64,000 nt of DNA from Minisyncoccota bacterium (GTDB lineage Bacteria; Patescibacteriota; Minisyncoccia; Minisyncoccales; JAGOPM01), in assembly GCA_041651395.1 (NCBI GenBank), contig JBAZJI010000001.1:827920-891919 (forward strand), written 5' to 3'. Shown piece by piece: positions 62,429-64,000 of this stretch. The notes below the pieces were generated by a model, which was not told where the DNA came from, did no database searches, and saw nothing but the letters and a program-made list of their open reading frames with translations. The translations under genes were made by a program, and so were the position numbers. Each line of letters opens with the position of its first letter. Within the stretch, counting starts at the first letter, position 1.

Positions 62429-62977
62429 ATGGATGCCAAACACAAAAACCAAAGGGTGGCGGTATTTATAGACGTGCAAAACCTCTATTATTCCGCAAAA
62501 AACCTTTTTGGTAAGAAAGTTGATTTTGGCTCAATTGTCAAAACCGCAGTAGCGGGGAGGCAATTAGTCCGCGCATTTGCCTATGTGGTGCGCACTGAAG
62601 GCGGGGCTGAAAAGCCTTTCCACGAAGCGCTCCAAAAACTAGGCATTGAAATCCGCGTGCGTGACCTTCAGGAATATCCCGGAGGGCTAAAAAAAGCGGA
62701 TTGGGATGTCGGCATTACGGTAGATGCTATCCGCATCGCTAATAATGTCGATACTATTATTTTAGTCTCGGGAGATGGGGATTTTCTCCAATTGGTGGAA
62801 TACCTGCAAAACCAAGGCAAGAGAGTGGAAGTTATTGCCTTTGGCCGAACAGGTTCCTCCCGCCTCAAAGATATTTGCGATGACTTTACCGATTTAGAAA
62901 AGGAACAAGATAAATATCTGCTTGATTACGAGAGCGCGGCCAAAGTTCCCAAACCGAAAAGATTTAACAAACAATAA
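62429..62977 (+). CDS. NYN-domain (LabA/DUF88-like) predicted RNase
   Basis: 182 aa with RVAVFIDVQNLYYS...VSGDGDFLQLVEYLQNQGKRVEVIAF, the typical LabA/NYN layout. Confidence 0.85.
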   Translation: MDAKHKNQRVAVFIDVQNLYYSAKNLFGKKVDFGSIVKTAVAGRQLVRAFAYVVRTEGGAEKPFHEALQKLGIEIRVRDLQEYPGGLKKADWDVGITVDAIRIANNVDTIILVSGDGDFLQLVEYLQNQGKRVEVIAFGRTGSSRLKDICDDFTDLEKEQDKYLLDYESAAKVPKPKRFNKQ

Positions 62978-62986
62978 AATTAATTT

Positions 62987-63013
62987 AGCCTCCCGGCCGG
63001 GCCGGGTAAGGCT
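62987..63013 (+). other. GC-rich hairpin without U-tract in the NYN-pnp spacer
   Basis: agcc-t-cccggc-cgg-gccggg-taa-ggct, 26 nt upstream of the pnp start. Confidence 0.55.
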
Positions 63014-63038
63014 GTCAACAAACCAAACGTAAAAATAT

Positions 63039-64000
63039 ATGTTCTACGATAAAGAATACTCAATGGATTTTGCCGGACGCCAATTAAAAGTCCGCACCAA
63101 TGTAGCGCAACAGGCGCACGGCTCATGCTGGATAGAATACGGGGAAACCTCCACAATGGCGGCTTCTACAATGAGCACTAACGAAACTGTCCAAGATTTT
63201 TTTCCTCTTACTGTAGAGTATCAGGAAAGATTTTATGCCGCGGGCAAAATTTTAGGCTCGCGCTTCACTCGCCGCGAGGGCAGGGGAACCAATAAGATGA
63301 TTTTAACCGGCCGCTTGATAGACCGCATTATCAGGCCGCTTTTCCCTGAGAGTTTTACCCAAGAGACTCAAGTAATTTTAACCACTCTTTCTTGGGATGC
63401 GCAGAACGCCCCGGTTTTCACCGGTGCGCTTTCCGCCTCTCTTTCTTTGGGAATTTCTAAAATTCCGTGGAATGGTCCGATTGCCTGCGTGCAAGTCGGC
63501 AATGTGGAGGGCCAATTTATTTTGAACCCCTCTTACGAACAACTGGAAAAATCCAATATTAAGCTGACTTTGGGCGGATACGAAAAGAATGGCCAGCTTC
63601 TTATTAATATGATCGAATGCATCTCTGATGAAGTTTCTGAGGAGGTAGTATCAGAAGCCTGTAAATTCGCCAGCCCATACTTGAAACAGCTGATTGATTT
63701 CCAAAAACAAATAATCGCTGATTGCGGGCAAGAAAAATATATTCCCGCCAATGTTTTCCCGGAAGCGGAAATGGAACAAAAGATCCATGAATTTTTGGGA
63801 GATAAACTTGGTTCCACGATGGAATCTTTTGTGGGCAAGGAACTGATGGCTAAACTTGAAGAGTTAAAAGAGCAAACTATTGCGGCCATGAAGCAGCAAT
63901 ACCCCGATGAAGATTGCAAAAAACTTTTAACTAACTGGTTTGAGCGCGAGTTAGATTACGCTTTTCATAAATTAGCGTTAGAAAAAGGTAAAAGGGCCGA
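63039..64000 (+). CDS. pnp: polyribonucleotide nucleotidyltransferase (PNPase), 5' part (runs off window end)
   Basis: My translation from ATG 63039 is open to 64000 and is not in the ORF track. It reads MFYDKEYSMDFAGRQLKVRTNVAQQAHGSCWIEYGETS...DFFPLTVEYQERFYAAGKILGSRFTRREGR...LIDRIIRPLFP, the PNPase N-terminal RNase PH domain motifs. Confidence 0.9.
   Translation, partial: MFYDKEYSMDFAGRQLKVRTNVAQQAHGSCWIEYGETSTMAASTMSTNETVQDFFPLTVEYQERFYAAGKILGSRFTRREGRGTNKMILTGRLIDRIIRPLFPESFTQETQVILTTLSWDAQNAPVFTGALSASLSLGISKIPWNGPIACVQVGNVEGQFILNPSYEQLEKSNIKLTLGGYEKNGQLLINMIECISDEVSEEVVSEACKFASPYLKQLIDFQKQIIADCGQEKYIPANVFPEAEMEQKIHEFLGDKLGSTMESFVGKELMAKLEELKEQTIAAMKQQYPDEDCKKLLTNWFERELDYAFHKLALEKGKRA

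Overview
This is a 64-kb fragment of a compact bacterial genome read in the standard genetic code. The gene content suggests a reduced, host-dependent CPR/Patescibacteria-like organism. The supporting signs are FakAB/PlsY/PlsC lipid salvage, giant surface proteins, a T4SS-pilin-like protein, many small orphan membrane proteins and core genes without Shine-Dalgarno sites. That placement is inference and has not been verified. Positions 1-44 kb are almost gap-free minus-strand operons, in four groups. (i) A histidine kinase, a receiver and a PilB/GspE-type ATPase are followed by four translationally coupled secreted proteins. The last of these is a ~2,100-aa tail-fibre-like giant with LVIVD repeats and an internal S74 motif. 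(ii) Housekeeping genes follow: hup, rny, clpP, tig, hppA and nusA. (iii) A 15-kb lipid supercluster contains 2x plsY, an archaeal-style acyl-CoA carboxylase, birA, plsC, fabK, a fabZ-fabK fusion, fabG, a DUF35 protein with a thiolase, and fakB/fakA. No ACP or KAS genes are present in it. (iv) A CpI-like [FeFe]-hydrogenase module has a short NuoF-like protein and an intervening 717-aa TPR protein. Positions 44-61.6 kb are a plus-strand accessory island of about 20 mostly orphan genes. They sit in mono- or bicistronic units, each with a near-consensus TTGACA-17-TATAAT promoter, an AAGGAGG SD and a hairpin terminator. Three tRNAs (tRNA-Lys follows just after the island) and a minus-strand cca gene are interspersed. 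Positions 61.6-64 kb hold tRNA-Lys, rpsO, an NYN gene and pnp (partial). The observation that looks most novel is a family of three ~100-nt tRNA-T-arm-derived structured elements. Each carries a conserved 62-63-nt two-hairpin insert exactly after the TTCGATT T-loop, and the hairpins show compensatory base changes. I found no rRNA, CRISPR array, transposase, integrase or reverse transcriptase.
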